Positions 63,879-64,000 of a DNA stretch of 64,000 bases are shown in pieces (within the stretch, counting starts at the first letter, position 1; every line of letters begins with the position of its first letter). The notes below the pieces were generated by a model. That model had not been told where the DNA came from and ran no database searches. It saw nothing but the letters and a program-made list of their open reading frames with translations. The translations under genes and the position numbers were made by a program. The stretch is from assembly GCF_024223415.1 (NCBI RefSeq), contig NZ_CP100500.1, one strand, 5' to 3'. This stretch comes from Escherichia coli (GTDB taxonomy: Bacteria > Pseudomonadota > Gammaproteobacteria > Enterobacterales > Enterobacteriaceae).

Positions 63879-64000
63879 TTATGAGAATAAATACTCATTT
63901 AAGAGTGAAAACATTTTGCCTGCAAATGATTATCAGGAAATATAACATTATCGAAGTATTCAAATTAACAACTATTAAATAATATTAAACATTTTTAACG

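Overview
This window reads as an Escherichia coli-type chromosomal segment colinear with the K-12 interval yfhM to yffB (about 55-57 min), in reverse orientation relative to K-12 numbering. No search tools were available, so gene names rest on my recognition of the translated ORFs and on conserved gene order; coordinates follow the supplied ORF track, with internal starts shifted by whole codons where the known protein N-terminus or a Shine-Dalgarno match indicated it. Content is mostly core housekeeping: pbpC, ndk, rlmN, rodZ, ispG, hisS, yfgM, bamB, der, xseA, guaBA, pdeF, ppx-ppk, purMN, upp-uraA, hda, bepA, perM, the complete hyfABCDEFGHIJR-focB hydrogenase-4 locus, bcp, gcvR, dapA, bamC, purC, tmcA and dapE. 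Three elements interrupt the K-12 gene order as I remember it: (1) a four-gene, translationally coupled DmsABC-type molybdoenzyme operon with an extra ferredoxin-like gene between pbpC and ndk (3214-7889), preceded by a near-consensus FNR box; (2) a 1432-bp IS3-family element, most likely IS1397, inserted in the loop of a REP/BIME palindromic unit between hda and yfgD with a 4-bp duplication; (3) a vapBC toxin-antitoxin pair between purC and ypfJ. I found no rRNA, tRNA or CRISPR array. Nothing here looks like a wholly new system; the substrate-unknown molybdoenzyme operon is the most worthwhile target.
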